A stretch of 64,000 nt of DNA from Flavobacteriales bacterium (GCA_040377305.1 JBEIPA010000011.1:117495-181494); one strand, 5' to 3'. Shown: positions 19,959 to 30,035, counted from the first letter of the stretch. Notes: generated by a model from the sequence alone, not told the origin. Translations and numbers: made by a program.

Positions 19959-20549
19959 TTACTTGGTGCCTTTCTGCCCTTCGTGTTCAGAAGCGTACCA
20001 GTCATTATATTCTTCGATCACCGACTGCATGTCTTTGATCTCGTATTTCTTGTCTTCAGACTCGATGCGTGCAACGAGTTCGCTGTTGTCGGCCATCATT
20101 TCAGAAACTGTTTTCTTAAAGTGATTGCCTTTTAACTTCTTCAGGCTCTTCGATTCGCCTTCTGTATTTTCAACATAGAAGTCTTTTTCAACTTCTGTCT
20201 GTTCGCCGTGGTAAACTTCAAATTGCCACTCGAAAAGATTGATCTTCCCTGCGGACACTAATTTAAGAAAAACCAGCTCCTTGTCCATAGAACGACTTAG
20301 AAATCTCACGCCTTCGTATGAGAATTCTTTCACGTCCTCCGGCTTGTAATTTTTCTGGACTCCTTCCGCATTTTTAAGAGTCACTTTCGTGAACAATGGG
20401 AGCTCCTTTTTCGTGTTGTATTTGATTTCGCCTTTCAGCGTATCGCCATTGGTCAGGATCACATAACCCTGTTTCCACACTAATTCAGCCTTTGCTGCTG
20501 TAAACGAACCCAGAACGAGTAGCAGGACGAGAGTAAGGTGTTTCTTCAT
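19959..20549 (-). CDS. Hypothetical exported protein
   Basis: Signal peptide and the GYVILTNGDTLKG motif common in Bacteroidota hypothetical proteins. Confidence 0.8.
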   Translation of the reverse strand: MKKHLTLVLLLVLGSFTAAKAELVWKQGYVILTNGDTLKGEIKYNTKKELPLFTKVTLKNAEGVQKNYKPEDVKEFSYEGVRFLSRSMDKELVFLKLVSAGKINLFEWQFEVYHGEQTEVEKDFYVENTEGESKSLKKLKGNHFKKTVSEMMADNSELVARIESEDKKYEIKDMQSVIEEYNDWYASEHEGQKGTK

Positions 20550-20649
20550 TGCAGCCCAAATTAAGGTCATAAAGGCCTGAATTCAAAGGTGATGTTAGGA
20601 ACTGTGTCGAAATGTTGAAAAGTGGGGGAATTGTGGATAACCCGGGGTT

Positions 20650-20682
20650 TAACCCTGCAAGAGTTTAACCCTTGCAGGGTTA
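20650..20682. repeat. REP-like palindrome AACCCTGCAAG...CTTGCAGGGTT
   Basis: TAACCCTGCAAG-AGTTTAACC-CTTGCAGGGTTA, overlapping the stop codon of the MBL gene. Confidence 0.85.
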
Positions 20683-21768
20683 GCCTTTCCACCATTCCCG
20701 AAACGCCTGTCCCGATTGCTTCAAAAACACCTTTTCACCAATCATCGGTGTCGCCATCTCAATATCACTGTTCTTGTTCGCTTCAGCCACACGATTCAAA
20801 GGCTCATCCCAGGGGTGATTGCCCAGCGCAAATTTTGCCGAATGAACAGGAATAAAGCGTGATGCATTCAATTCTTTCGCAACCTGCACTACTTCTTCTG
20901 GCAAAGTATGGATAAGCTGCCAGCTCATGTCGTACTGACCATTTTCCAGAATGGCAAGATCAAACGGACCAAATTTCTTACCGATATCTGCAAAATGTGT
21001 GTCATAACCACTGTCTCCACCGATGAAAATATTCATGGTTGGTGTTTTAAAAACGAATGACATCCACAAAGCGCGGTTGCGCACAAAACCTCTACCACTG
21101 AAATGTCGTGCTGGAGTCGCGTGCACAACAAATCCGTCGCCGAGATCTTCTGTCTCGTGCCAGTCTTTTTCAACGATGATTTCCGGATCATATCCCCATC
21201 GTTCGAAATGCGCACCTGTTCCAAGGCCGGTGATTATTTTACTAACTCGCGGTTTTATTTCGATCAGAGTTTTGTAATCGATGTGATCCCAATGATCGTG
21301 TGAGATAAAAAGATAGTCGATCTCCGGAATGTCGGATGCGCGGTAAGCACCTGTGCCTTTGAATTCACGCGTGGTAAATGCAAGAGGTGATGCTGCGCCA
21401 CTTAATACAGGATCAACCAATATTTTCTTCCCGTCAATTTGCATGAAGTACGAGGAATGACCGAACCACACGAGTACATCTTCGTTCAGTGGTAACGATT
21501 TCAGATCCGTTTTAACATGTGGAATTTCTTTGGCAGGAACGCGATGTGGTTTTGAAGAAAGGATTTCACGCATCACCGTGTAATAGTTTGCGCCATTCGT
21601 CAGATCAGGAGTTACGCTCAGGTTGTGAAACTTTCCATCGCGGAAGTGTGGCGATTCACGAATACGTTCAAGCCGTTTTCCTTTTGGCGCACTTCCGAAT
21701 TTCGGTTGTTGCATGAAGAGATAAACGATGAGGACGAAAAGTAGTATAACGGAAAGAGTAATGAGCAC
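20680..21768 (-). CDS. MBL-fold metallo-hydrolase (RomA/NAPE-PLD-like)
   Basis: WFGHSS, SHDHWDH, PARHFSGR, GDSGY and ENGQY motifs. Confidence 0.92.
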   Translation of the reverse strand: MLITLSVILLFVLIVYLFMQQPKFGSAPKGKRLERIRESPHFRDGKFHNLSVTPDLTNGANYYTVMREILSSKPHRVPAKEIPHVKTDLKSLPLNEDVLVWFGHSSYFMQIDGKKILVDPVLSGAASPLAFTTREFKGTGAYRASDIPEIDYLFISHDHWDHIDYKTLIEIKPRVSKIITGLGTGAHFERWGYDPEIIVEKDWHETEDLGDGFVVHATPARHFSGRGFVRNRALWMSFVFKTPTMNIFIGGDSGYDTHFADIGKKFGPFDLAILENGQYDMSWQLIHTLPEEVVQVAKELNASRFIPVHSAKFALGNHPWDEPLNRVAEANKNSDIEMATPMIGEKVFLKQSGQAFREWWKG

Positions 21769-21831
21769 GATGGTGTTTTTGGTGGCTTTAGTATAGTCGT
21801 GAATGAGGGTGAAATATTGTAGTCTTGGGCA

Positions 21832-22018
21832 TAACCCTGCAAGGGTTAATCCCTTGCAGGGTTATGCGCGCGCGCGAGTTACAACGATTTTTTCGCAATA
21901 GTCGGGAGTAAACGTTTGAAAACGGATGTGGTTGATGAATTAGGCACCCTCCAAGGGTTTAACCCTTGCAGCGTTAACCCTGCAGGATCCGCCGCGGCGG
22001 AAAACGCTTGCGGGGTTA
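21832..22018. repeat. Cluster of three further copies of the AACCCTGCAAG REP-like palindrome
   Basis: Copies at about 21832-21864, 21946-21975 and 21975-22018; the last carries CCGCCGCGGCGG in its loop. Confidence 0.8.
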
Positions 22019-22582
22019 CCAAACATTCTTTTCAGAATTACTCCCGCCAATATTATAGGTGTAAACAACGCCCATCCCATGACACAGGTACCCGCAAACC
22101 GTCTCGGTCAAGGTAGTATCGTTTTGAATGTACTCCATCTTGATGCTGCAATCGTTCTCAATGTTAATCCAAACAGTTTCACGTCCCCCAGGCTTCAGGT
22201 GTTCAATGATCTGATCTTCACAACCGGTGATATTGACTTGCTCAATCTCTTCTAGCGTTTGATTTACAAAAGTGATGCGCGCAATATCAGACAAACGCGC
22301 TCCTGCCCACAAACAAACAATCGCCAAAGGAATATTGAAAAGCTGAAAGAGAATTGTTGTGATTCCGATTCTTCTGACTGATGAATTTTTTGCCATGACA
22401 ACGCCCAGAATCACTAATGCAATCAGATTCACCAGGCCTAAAAGCAGCATGGAGAAATATCCGATGAACGCGTAGAGGAAATCGCCGCTGAAAAAGTACA
22501 ACGCAAAAATTGTTGCCGCGGTGAGGAATGAAACCACAGCGGTATAGAAGGAGAGACGGACGGCGATGTGGTGTTTTTTCAT
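22016..22582 (-). CDS. Hypothetical membrane protein
   Basis: Three TM helices followed by a soluble C-terminal domain. Confidence 0.75.
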   Translation of the reverse strand: MKKHHIAVRLSFYTAVVSFLTAATIFALYFFSGDFLYAFIGYFSMLLLGLVNLIALVILGVVMAKNSSVRRIGITTILFQLFNIPLAIVCLWAGARLSDIARITFVNQTLEEIEQVNITGCEDQIIEHLKPGGRETVWINIENDCSIKMEYIQNDTTLTETVCGYLCHGMGVVYTYNIGGSNSEKNVW

Positions 22583-22595
22583 AATAGTTTATCGG

Positions 22596-23249
22596 CTAAT
22601 AACCATAAGGCGGAGTCCATTCCTCCCAATTGTTCAAAGCAATCTGTGCCCGATGATTCAGGATCCCGTTTTGAGCGGATGCGGCATCCTGGTCACCATT
22701 GTTTGCCGCGGCAATAACAATGGTCACTGCTTTTTCGCTTGCATCTGTTGCCGCGTCGTATTCACCGCTGCTGTATAGAAACCAACTGTATTTATCCCAA
22801 GCGTAATAATTGAATTCACGTGACTCTGCGTACAATACGGAGTTCAGATTGAAGAGATAATAAATGTGATGCGACGGGAGGAAAGAGAGCCACATGCAAA
22901 AAAGGATGTACGCTGAAAGCACAAATTGCGGCAGCCTGAATCCGGTTCTTTTCATCGCAAGAATAAGGATCCAGCCAATGGAAATTGCGATCGCAACCAA
23001 ACGCACTTTATCAGAATAGGTCCAGTATTGAATACGGAAAAGAAAATAAGTGGTCCAGCTCCAGAACGAAAAATGGAGAAGCACGGTCACGATATCGGTC
23101 TTACTATTTTTAATTGCGAAAGTCGTCGCATGAATCATTAACAGCAGAACCGAAATAATCAGCAGTAATGCCGAGCCCGGCCAATGTGCAAATCGCATGA
23201 TTAGCGCAACGCCGAATAGCGACCAGGAGATGATGAGAAATTTTTTCAT
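22596..23249 (-). CDS. Hypothetical membrane protein (GldL-like N-terminal hairpin, TPR-like tail)
   Basis: HWPGS motif after TM1 and about five TM helices. Confidence 0.72.
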   Translation of the reverse strand: MKKFLIISWSLFGVALIMRFAHWPGSALLLIISVLLLMIHATTFAIKNSKTDIVTVLLHFSFWSWTTYFLFRIQYWTYSDKVRLVAIAISIGWILILAMKRTGFRLPQFVLSAYILFCMWLSFLPSHHIYYLFNLNSVLYAESREFNYYAWDKYSWFLYSSGEYDAATDASEKAVTIVIAAANNGDQDAASAQNGILNHRAQIALNNWEEWTPPYGY

Positions 23250-23252
23250 GTC

Positions 23253-23750
23253 TTAATTCTGTAACGCTTGGCATTCGAACAACTTTGCCATATCCTTCTT
23301 TGCAATCCCGGCCTCGATCAGAAACGGAACCGTAAAGAACAGGTATCCACCGACAAGCATCCCGATTGGAATGACCAATCCTACGGGATTTACCAGTCGG
23401 TAATAAGTAAACGATGAAACAACCGCGAAGAGCAGAACACCGAAAAACACCGCACCAAATACCATCACAAGTGTGTGCAAGCGCATTTTGATTTCGATTT
23501 TCGTTCCGGTTGGCTGAACAGAAATTGTTCCGGAGATCATAGGCAGAAACGAATTCCTGTAAGCGATTGCCCTCGCAAGATCAAATTTGTTTCCCCGCAA
23601 CTCCCCATTGTATCCGCTGATTTTGATGTTCGGATAATACTTCACCTTGAACGCATTTGCAGCACGCGTCAGACAATTCAAGCGATTGCGGATTTCATTC
23701 TCGCTGAGCGGGGAATTGTAGGTGTACTTGCGGTAAGGGAGGAGGTTCAT
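23253..23750 (-). CDS. Hypothetical membrane protein
   Basis: YRNSFLP.I.G motif and two C-terminal TM helices. Confidence 0.75.
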   Translation of the reverse strand: MNLLPYRKYTYNSPLSENEIRNRLNCLTRAANAFKVKYYPNIKISGYNGELRGNKFDLARAIAYRNSFLPMISGTISVQPTGTKIEIKMRLHTLVMVFGAVFFGVLLFAVVSSFTYYRLVNPVGLVIPIGMLVGGYLFFTVPFLIEAGIAKKDMAKLFECQALQN

Positions 23751-23758
23751 TTTTGCAA

Positions 23759-25333
23759 CTAATTCAGCTCTCGTAAAGTAGAATCAATTGACTCTTTGGT
23801 GCTTTTGATCAAAGTCAATTCATAATCACCTTTCTCTGCCAACTCAATTTCTTTCGAAACGAAATATGGAATCCCGTCTTTATACGCCACGGCTATCAAC
23901 GTAGCACGTTCACCAACCGGAAGTCGCACAGTTTTTACAGGCTGAAATCCGAAACGGTATTGTCCATCGTCTGTCGTATACGCGTTCAAGGCTAGTTTCC
24001 TCCAATTGAGAATCAATGTCAACGACACATACTTGAATTCTGTGCTATTACTTATCTTGGTCAGAAGTTCAATGTCTTTTGCTTCTGGCTCATTGAGAAA
24101 TCGATCGCAATTGATCCACCCGAGTTTTGCAACCTCGAAAGAATTCCGAACAAGTTTTTCAGTTCCATCGGAATCTTTTTTCTCTGCAATAAGTCGCTTA
24201 CGTACTCGATATGCGTTGAGAATTTCTGTGATTTCAGAATCCGTTTTCCCCGACTTCTGTAATTGTTCTCGTGCGTTAGAAGCGTCCAAATTTACTCCCG
24301 ATGTAATTGCAATACAGGATGTATTGCGCTGGTCAATGAAGGCTTGAAAAATCTCTAGCAGGGGTTTCCCTACTCCATCTCCATATTTACCCCAATCTCT
24401 GATCGTCGGTTTGTCAGACCACGATTTGATGTAAGCGTATGCAAGGGAATCGCAATACCATAGTTCCTTATCCAAATTATTCAGGTAGATATTTAAGACT
24501 GCGGAGTCGGCTATCATTCTACCCGTCATTGCACTTGAAGTTTCAAAACTTGTATAATGACCAATGGCCCACTGAGCAGATTGAATCATGTTAAAACGAG
24601 ACTCGAACTCACGAGTCGCTATAAATGTATTTTCGAGGACTGCTCTTTTCAAATTCAGACTATCAACTGTTTCGCTTCCGTCTGGAACACTATACGACCA
24701 ACTCTCATGATAGTAATCTTCCTTTTTGAAGTCAAACGACTTCCAATAGGAGTAATCAAACATTTCGAGTGGTAGGCAAATCATTTTATTTTCTGGTTTC
24801 CCACTTACGGTCCAAGTGATATTGCCAGTTGAATCATACGACCCGGAAAAAATCTTAACACCAGGTTTTGATCGTCGAGTCGGCAATTCAATGCTCAATG
24901 TTTTATCCGTTCCTAACGCAACTGACTGATTGTTCGCTTTAGCATCAATGAACAACATGCCCTCTGATTCCAGAATTTGTCCATCACAAACCGTTTGCAT
25001 GTTACTGCGGATGATGTCGTTTGCACTGAGCACTTCTATCATCTTGATTTCTATAGGCCCAGTAACTGGCTTACCGTCTGATCCAATAAAACTGTTTTGC
25101 GCAACGAAAACTGTTGTGCCACCTTTACCGACTAAAAGCGTGTCATCGCTTGCATCCACTGAGAAGTTTTGTGTCTCCGGTCGAAATGATGCGAATGCTG
25201 CTTCACGTGCAGAATCCGGAAACGCGATTCTGTCTTCGATTATAATTGGCTGAGAATTGTCTTCACTAGCGGGATCGCTACCGCATGAGAATAGAATGAT
25301 GGACACTAATACAACAATAGAAATTGTTTTCAT
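23759..25333 (-). CDS. Hypothetical lipoprotein (GWINCD-motif family)
   Basis: Lipobox LFSC; LESEGM and KLGWINCDRF motifs. Confidence 0.8.
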   Translation of the reverse strand: MKTISIVVLVSIILFSCGSDPASEDNSQPIIIEDRIAFPDSAREAAFASFRPETQNFSVDASDDTLLVGKGGTTVFVAQNSFIGSDGKPVTGPIEIKMIEVLSANDIIRSNMQTVCDGQILESEGMLFIDAKANNQSVALGTDKTLSIELPTRRSKPGVKIFSGSYDSTGNITWTVSGKPENKMICLPLEMFDYSYWKSFDFKKEDYYHESWSYSVPDGSETVDSLNLKRAVLENTFIATREFESRFNMIQSAQWAIGHYTSFETSSAMTGRMIADSAVLNIYLNNLDKELWYCDSLAYAYIKSWSDKPTIRDWGKYGDGVGKPLLEIFQAFIDQRNTSCIAITSGVNLDASNAREQLQKSGKTDSEITEILNAYRVRKRLIAEKKDSDGTEKLVRNSFEVAKLGWINCDRFLNEPEAKDIELLTKISNSTEFKYVSLTLILNWRKLALNAYTTDDGQYRFGFQPVKTVRLPVGERATLIAVAYKDGIPYFVSKEIELAEKGDYELTLIKSTKESIDSTLRELN

Positions 25334-25399
25334 AGACGAGATAGTTCTAAATTTAGCACCCGACCGCTGTGACTGCCAACTGCACTACCGCCCGACTGC

Positions 25400-26437
25400 C
25401 TACTGGTTGGGCATCTCATTATACAGCACATCAATCACCACTCTCCCCACCGCATCCAACGAAGCAGGATCAATGTTGTCCATGTTGTCGGTGTGACGAT
25501 GATGTGTAGGACCGTAATCCTGTTCGCTTGGATCGTAGTGAACGATGTCAATGCACGGAATACCTGCGAGCTGAATGATAAAGCGATTGTCGTCGATCGT
25601 TTCGCCGGTTACACTATTCACGAAGTAAGCTCCGTAACCAAGATCTTTTGCGGCGTTCCAGACTTTCTCAACCACGTTTGATGCGTAGCGAACAGAAGTT
25701 CCTTCACGAGGAAAGACCGCACCTTTTGCGCCAACCATGTCGAGGAGAATTCCATAACGAACGGTTTTCGCATACTCCGGCTTCACACTCTGTGCCCAGT
25801 ATTGCGAACCGAGACACCAGGAAGTTTCTGCGCCACCAGAATTGCCTTGATCTTCTGCATCCACAAAAAGAAAGTCAACACCAATGTTCGGATCTTTTTC
25901 GTTGATGGTACGTGCGATTTCCAACAACACGGAAACTCCACTTGCACCATCGTTCGCGCCATCAATAGGTTCACCCTGTCTTTCATCATCGCGATCGGCA
26001 ATGTAACGTGTGTCCCAATGTGCAACGAGAAGAATTCGTTCAGTACGTTCTGGTTTGTACTGTGCGAAAATATTTTTCATCGTCACCATTTTGCCCATGG
26101 TGGTGGTGGGCGCTTCCTGCATGACAACCGTGTCGACGTACGAATTCATCTTCGCGAAAATCCAATCAGCACATTTCGCGTGCTCCGGCGTTCCCGGTAC
26201 GCGTGGACCGAAATCAACTTGTGTCTGTGTAAATGCCATTGCAGAATCAGGATTGAATTCAGGGCCGGCAATGCGAGGAACTTTTGGAACATTCGAATCA
26301 CCGCAAGTATCGCAAGGAGGATCTTTCGGATCAACCGGACTGCACGACAAATACGGAAGCAACATCACGCTAACGAAAAGTGCGAGCAAAGACAGAATAA
26401 TTATCGATCGCTTTCGCGGACTATTCATCATCATCAT
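25400..26437 (-). CDS. M28 family peptidase / glutaminyl cyclase-like lipoprotein
   Basis: AHWDTR, GANDGASGV, DAED, LDMVG and HHRH.D motifs; overlaps the cysS stop codon. Confidence 0.9.
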   Translation of the reverse strand: MMMMNSPRKRSIIILSLLALFVSVMLLPYLSCSPVDPKDPPCDTCGDSNVPKVPRIAGPEFNPDSAMAFTQTQVDFGPRVPGTPEHAKCADWIFAKMNSYVDTVVMQEAPTTTMGKMVTMKNIFAQYKPERTERILLVAHWDTRYIADRDDERQGEPIDGANDGASGVSVLLEIARTINEKDPNIGVDFLFVDAEDQGNSGGAETSWCLGSQYWAQSVKPEYAKTVRYGILLDMVGAKGAVFPREGTSVRYASNVVEKVWNAAKDLGYGAYFVNSVTGETIDDNRFIIQLAGIPCIDIVHYDPSEQDYGPTHHRHTDNMDNIDPASLDAVGRVVIDVLYNEMPNQ

Positions 26438-27960
26438 GATTTCATTTCCCAGGTTGTTCCTTCTTTGCTGTCTTTGAGTACGATGTTCACTTTCGCAAGT
26501 TCATCGCGCACAAGATCACTCACGGCAAAATCTTTTTTCGCGCGTGCTTCCTGACGGATTTTGATAATGAGTTGCATCAAACCATCAGTTGTATCGCCAG
26601 CAGATTCCATGATATCGTCTTTGAGCCCGAGTACATCGAACACAAAATCGTTCATGATGGATTTCATTGCAGCGATGTCTTCTGCAGTCAGCGTTTCTTT
26701 TCCGTCGCGCGATGAATTGATGATACGCGCTGCGTCGAATAGTTCTGCAAGAAGTATCGGTGAATTGATATTGTCGTTCATTGCATCATAACAACGTTGA
26801 CGCAATGCAGCAACATCGTATGATGACTTTGCAGATGCAGGAACTTTATCGAGTGTGCGTAATGCTTCCATCAATTTGCGAAAACCTTTTTCGGATGCAA
26901 GCAATGCTTCATTCGAGAAATCGAGTGTACTCGAGTAATGCGTTTGCAGCATGAAGAAGCGAACCGTCATGGGTGAATACGCTTTATCGAACAGCGGATG
27001 TTTTCCTTCGAGCTTGGCTTGCGATGGAGTTGCGCTTGGAGAATCTGCAGCGAGTTTTTTTCCGGTGAATAATTCTACAGGAAGAAAAACATTGCCGAGT
27101 GAACGCGACATTTTCTGTCCATTCAGCGTAAGCATATTCGTGTGTACCCAATAGCGAACAGGAGCGCTTCCGCAGCAGCCAACGCTTTGTGCAACTTCAT
27201 TCGTGTGGTGTGTTGGAATTAAATCCATTCCTCCACCGTGAATGTCCATTGTTTCGCCAAGATATTTTCTTCCCATTGCAGAGCACTCAATGTGCCAGCC
27301 GGGAAAACCTTCGCCCCAGGGAGAATTCCAACGCATGAGATGTTCTGGTTTTGCTTTCTTCCAGAGCGCGAAATCCAAACGACCTTTCTTTTCTTCCTGC
27401 CCGTCGAGGTCACGCGTATTGCTTAATTGGTCATCCAATGATCTTCCCGAAAGAACGCCATAGTTGTGGTCCTTCGAAAATTTCTCTACGTCGAAGTAAA
27501 CGGTTCCATCAACTACGTAGCCATAACCACGTTTGATGATTTCTTCCGTCATTTCGATCTGTTCCGGAATATGTCCCGAAGCAAGTGGTTCAATACTCGG
27601 CGGAACTGTATTCAGCAACTGCATAACCTCACGAAAACCGAATGCATAACGCTGCACGATTTCCATGGGCTCGAGTTTTTTCAATCGCGCTTGTTTACCA
27701 ATGCGGTCTTCGCCCGTTCCTGCATTTTCATCTTCGAGGTGACCAACGTCCGTAATGTTTCTTACATAACGAACCTTGTACCCGATGTGAACAAGATAAC
27801 GGTACAACAAATCGAATGAAGTGAACGTGCGACAATTTCCGATGTGGGCGTCGCTATACAAAGTTGGTCCGCACACGTACAATCCAACATGTGGTGCGTT
27901 CGGAGCAACGAAAAGTTCTTTCTTGCGGGTTAATGTATTGTAAAGATGTAAGGGCTGCAT
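26434..27960 (-). CDS. cysS: Cysteine--tRNA ligase
   Basis: YVCGPT, HIGN, DFALWK, GWHIECSAM, DIHGGG and KMSRS motifs. Confidence 0.98.
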   Translation of the reverse strand: MQPLHLYNTLTRKKELFVAPNAPHVGLYVCGPTLYSDAHIGNCRTFTSFDLLYRYLVHIGYKVRYVRNITDVGHLEDENAGTGEDRIGKQARLKKLEPMEIVQRYAFGFREVMQLLNTVPPSIEPLASGHIPEQIEMTEEIIKRGYGYVVDGTVYFDVEKFSKDHNYGVLSGRSLDDQLSNTRDLDGQEEKKGRLDFALWKKAKPEHLMRWNSPWGEGFPGWHIECSAMGRKYLGETMDIHGGGMDLIPTHHTNEVAQSVGCCGSAPVRYWVHTNMLTLNGQKMSRSLGNVFLPVELFTGKKLAADSPSATPSQAKLEGKHPLFDKAYSPMTVRFFMLQTHYSSTLDFSNEALLASEKGFRKLMEALRTLDKVPASAKSSYDVAALRQRCYDAMNDNINSPILLAELFDAARIINSSRDGKETLTAEDIAAMKSIMNDFVFDVLGLKDDIMESAGDTTDGLMQLIIKIRQEARAKKDFAVSDLVRDELAKVNIVLKDSKEGTTWEMKS

Positions 27961-27961
27961 A

Positions 27962-28070
27962 GGTTCTCGGTTCTCGGTTCTCAGTTCTCGGTTGAAAAAA
28001 TTACAATACCGGCTAAGAAAGAACGGAAAGCAAAGTTAAGAGAAACGGGGGAGTGGGGAACCGGGAAATC
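27962..28070. repeat. GGTTCTC x4 heptamer arm with a degenerate complementary arm, in the cysS leader
   Basis: GGTTCTCGGTTCTCGGTTCTCAGTTCTC (27962-27989) and GAGAAAC...GGGAACCGGGAAAT (about 28040-28070). Confidence 0.7.
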
Positions 28071-28089
28071 CCCGATAAAAGTCAAGGTA

Positions 28090-28680
28090 TTACTGCGTTA
28101 TCGCCGGCAACACTTCTCTCTTCAGCGTTCCGTTTTCATTGTAGATTTTGTAATCACCAATGAACCATCCGTTCGCCCAGGTGCCGTCTTCGTAAAGCTT
28201 GCCACTCGGATAATACGTTTTCATATTACCAACAATTTCCCCACCAGACCAATGATATTCCATCCAGATTGTTCCGTTGGGATAGTACGTTGTCATCAAC
28301 CCCTCACGTTTGCCGTTGACAAATGTAGATGAGGAAGTAATCGCGCCATCTTCATTGAAGTATTTGCACAGACCATCACGACGACTTTTTTTGTAAGTCA
28401 CCTGGGCCACTGTTTTTCCGTATTGATTGTACGTACTCCAAACGCCTTCCAACTTGCTATCGGTGTAATTACCTTCCTGCACAACCTGCTCAGGTGCCCA
28501 AGGTGCGCCAAGTTTTTTGAAAGCGGCTGTTATTTTCCAATACCCTTGTCGTTTTCCAGCTGCGTCAACAACATTGACCGGATAATCACCAGAATAGGAA
28601 CTGGTTTGGGCGCGCGATGAAATAATCGCCAGCAAAGTAATTGCAACAATAAAAACTGCAGAGAGAAAATGCTTGTTCAT
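28090..28680 (-). CDS. Exported MORN-variant repeat protein (YwqK-like), paralog 3
   Basis: Signal peptide and YY.NG....EG repeats. Confidence 0.85.
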   Translation of the reverse strand: MNKHFLSAVFIVAITLLAIISSRAQTSSYSGDYPVNVVDAAGKRQGYWKITAAFKKLGAPWAPEQVVQEGNYTDSKLEGVWSTYNQYGKTVAQVTYKKSRRDGLCKYFNEDGAITSSSTFVNGKREGLMTTYYPNGTIWMEYHWSGGEIVGNMKTYYPSGKLYEDGTWANGWFIGDYKIYNENGTLKREVLPAITQ

Positions 28681-28731
28681 CGAACATGATTTTGAACCGA
28701 GAAGTTACAAAAACAAAAACGGAAGTGCATG

Positions 28732-28762
28732 AAAAAGTCCCGCTTTTGACGACGGGACTTTT
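28732..28762 (-). terminator. Intrinsic terminator
   Basis: AAAAAGTCCCG-loop-CGGGACTTTT. Confidence 0.75.
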
Positions 28763-28782
28763 GAGTTTTATTCGGAATGACG

Positions 28783-29691
28783 TTATTTCTTTTTCACTTC
28801 TTCTTCTTTCACAACACCGTCACCAATATACTTTCCACCTTCGTAACGCTTAGTTCTTACCCACTTTCCGGAAGCGTCGTAAAGTCGTTCCTCGCCGCTG
28901 ATCATTTTCCAATCTTTGAAAACTCCAACCATTGTGACTTGTCCATTTTTGTAAAGCGTGTGTGGACCATTACCATCGAAAGGTTTCCCTCCGGTTTCGC
29001 CTTTATTGATTTCCTGACCATCGCCTTTCTTTACGACAGGTGCTGTTCCTCCAACCTGATCTTCAGGAGCAACATCAACGGCTTCTTTTGGTTTATGCTT
29101 CACCGTTTTCGCCGGATCAATTGTGCCACCATTGAAGAATGTTTCTTCTACCAATTCACCTTTGTCGTTGTATTCTTTTTTCCAGCCTTCTTCTTTTCCG
29201 GCCTTCAAGTTCACGCTTATGTTTAATTGTCCGTTCGGATGATAGTATAGTTGCTCACCATCTCGCTGTCCAAGTGCATTGTACTTGAACTGCTGACGAA
29301 CTTTTCCGTTCTCGTAATACATTTTGTACGGACCAGTCCAACGTGTTCCAACCCATGTTCCTTCTTCCTGCAGTTGTCCGGATTCGAAATATGTTTTCGC
29401 AGGACCGTTCGCACGATTGTTTACAAACGTAAGTTCAGATTCTTTATTTCCGTTCTGGAAAAATCGCGTCCACATACCAGTCTTCAGAGACTTCTCGTAG
29501 TTACCCTGCTCAACAGTTTGAGATGGAAGCCACGGCGAAGGCATTTTAAGAAGTAGTGCAGAAAGCTCCCAATAGCCTTGACGTTTGCCGTCGACTATCT
29601 GATTTTTTTGGTCTGTTGTATTTGGGGTTTGCCCGAACGCAACCGAAGTTGTGAGTGTCAACGCAAGTAGGGCGAGTACCAATTTCTTCAT
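28783..29691 (-). CDS. Exported MORN-variant repeat protein (YwqK-like), paralog 2
   Basis: Signal peptide and MORN-like repeats; collinear with the 30089..30973 protein. Confidence 0.87.
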   Translation of the reverse strand: MKKLVLALLALTLTTSVAFGQTPNTTDQKNQIVDGKRQGYWELSALLLKMPSPWLPSQTVEQGNYEKSLKTGMWTRFFQNGNKESELTFVNNRANGPAKTYFESGQLQEEGTWVGTRWTGPYKMYYENGKVRQQFKYNALGQRDGEQLYYHPNGQLNISVNLKAGKEEGWKKEYNDKGELVEETFFNGGTIDPAKTVKHKPKEAVDVAPEDQVGGTAPVVKKGDGQEINKGETGGKPFDGNGPHTLYKNGQVTMVGVFKDWKMISGEERLYDASGKWVRTKRYEGGKYIGDGVVKEEEVKKK

Positions 29692-29842
29692 CGGGGAAAT
29701 GTCTTAATGAAACACTCTGAAGTCACAACCCAAAACCGCTCCAAAAATCACCCAACTGCGAAAAAAAGTAGGGGCTGCTGGTATTGTTTTACGAAGAAAC
29801 GGCATTATGTGTTACGACATTGATCTTAAAACACAGACTTTC

Positions 29843-30002
29843 TGTCTACGCTTAACATGGTTTCGTCGCCTGCAGCAATTCCCAGCCGGAGGTACGGCGA
29901 GATGCGTTCGTGGGGTCTGACCTTCTCAGTTACTCCGGCTGGGCTTAGAATCATAAACACTTAACGCCGTAACGCCGAGTCGCCGTGGTAAGCGTCGCAG
30001 AC
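29843..30002. repeat. Gene-less nested-IR element of the GCTTACCACGG family
   Basis: Outer arms TGTCT-ACGCTTAACATGG and CCGTGGTAAGCGTCGCAGACA; inner arms CCCAGCCGGAG (from 29881) and CTCCGGCTGGG (to 29943). Confidence 0.75.
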
Positions 30003-30035
30003 AGGCAAAAGTTGGAGAGTTGAGGAGTAAAAATG

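Noticed and set aside
20680-21768. MBL-fold gene as a metallo-beta-lactamase resistance gene
   Set aside because: The motifs (SHDHWDH, PARHFSGR, ENGQY) fit the RomA/NAPE-PLD-like group rather than class B beta-lactamases.
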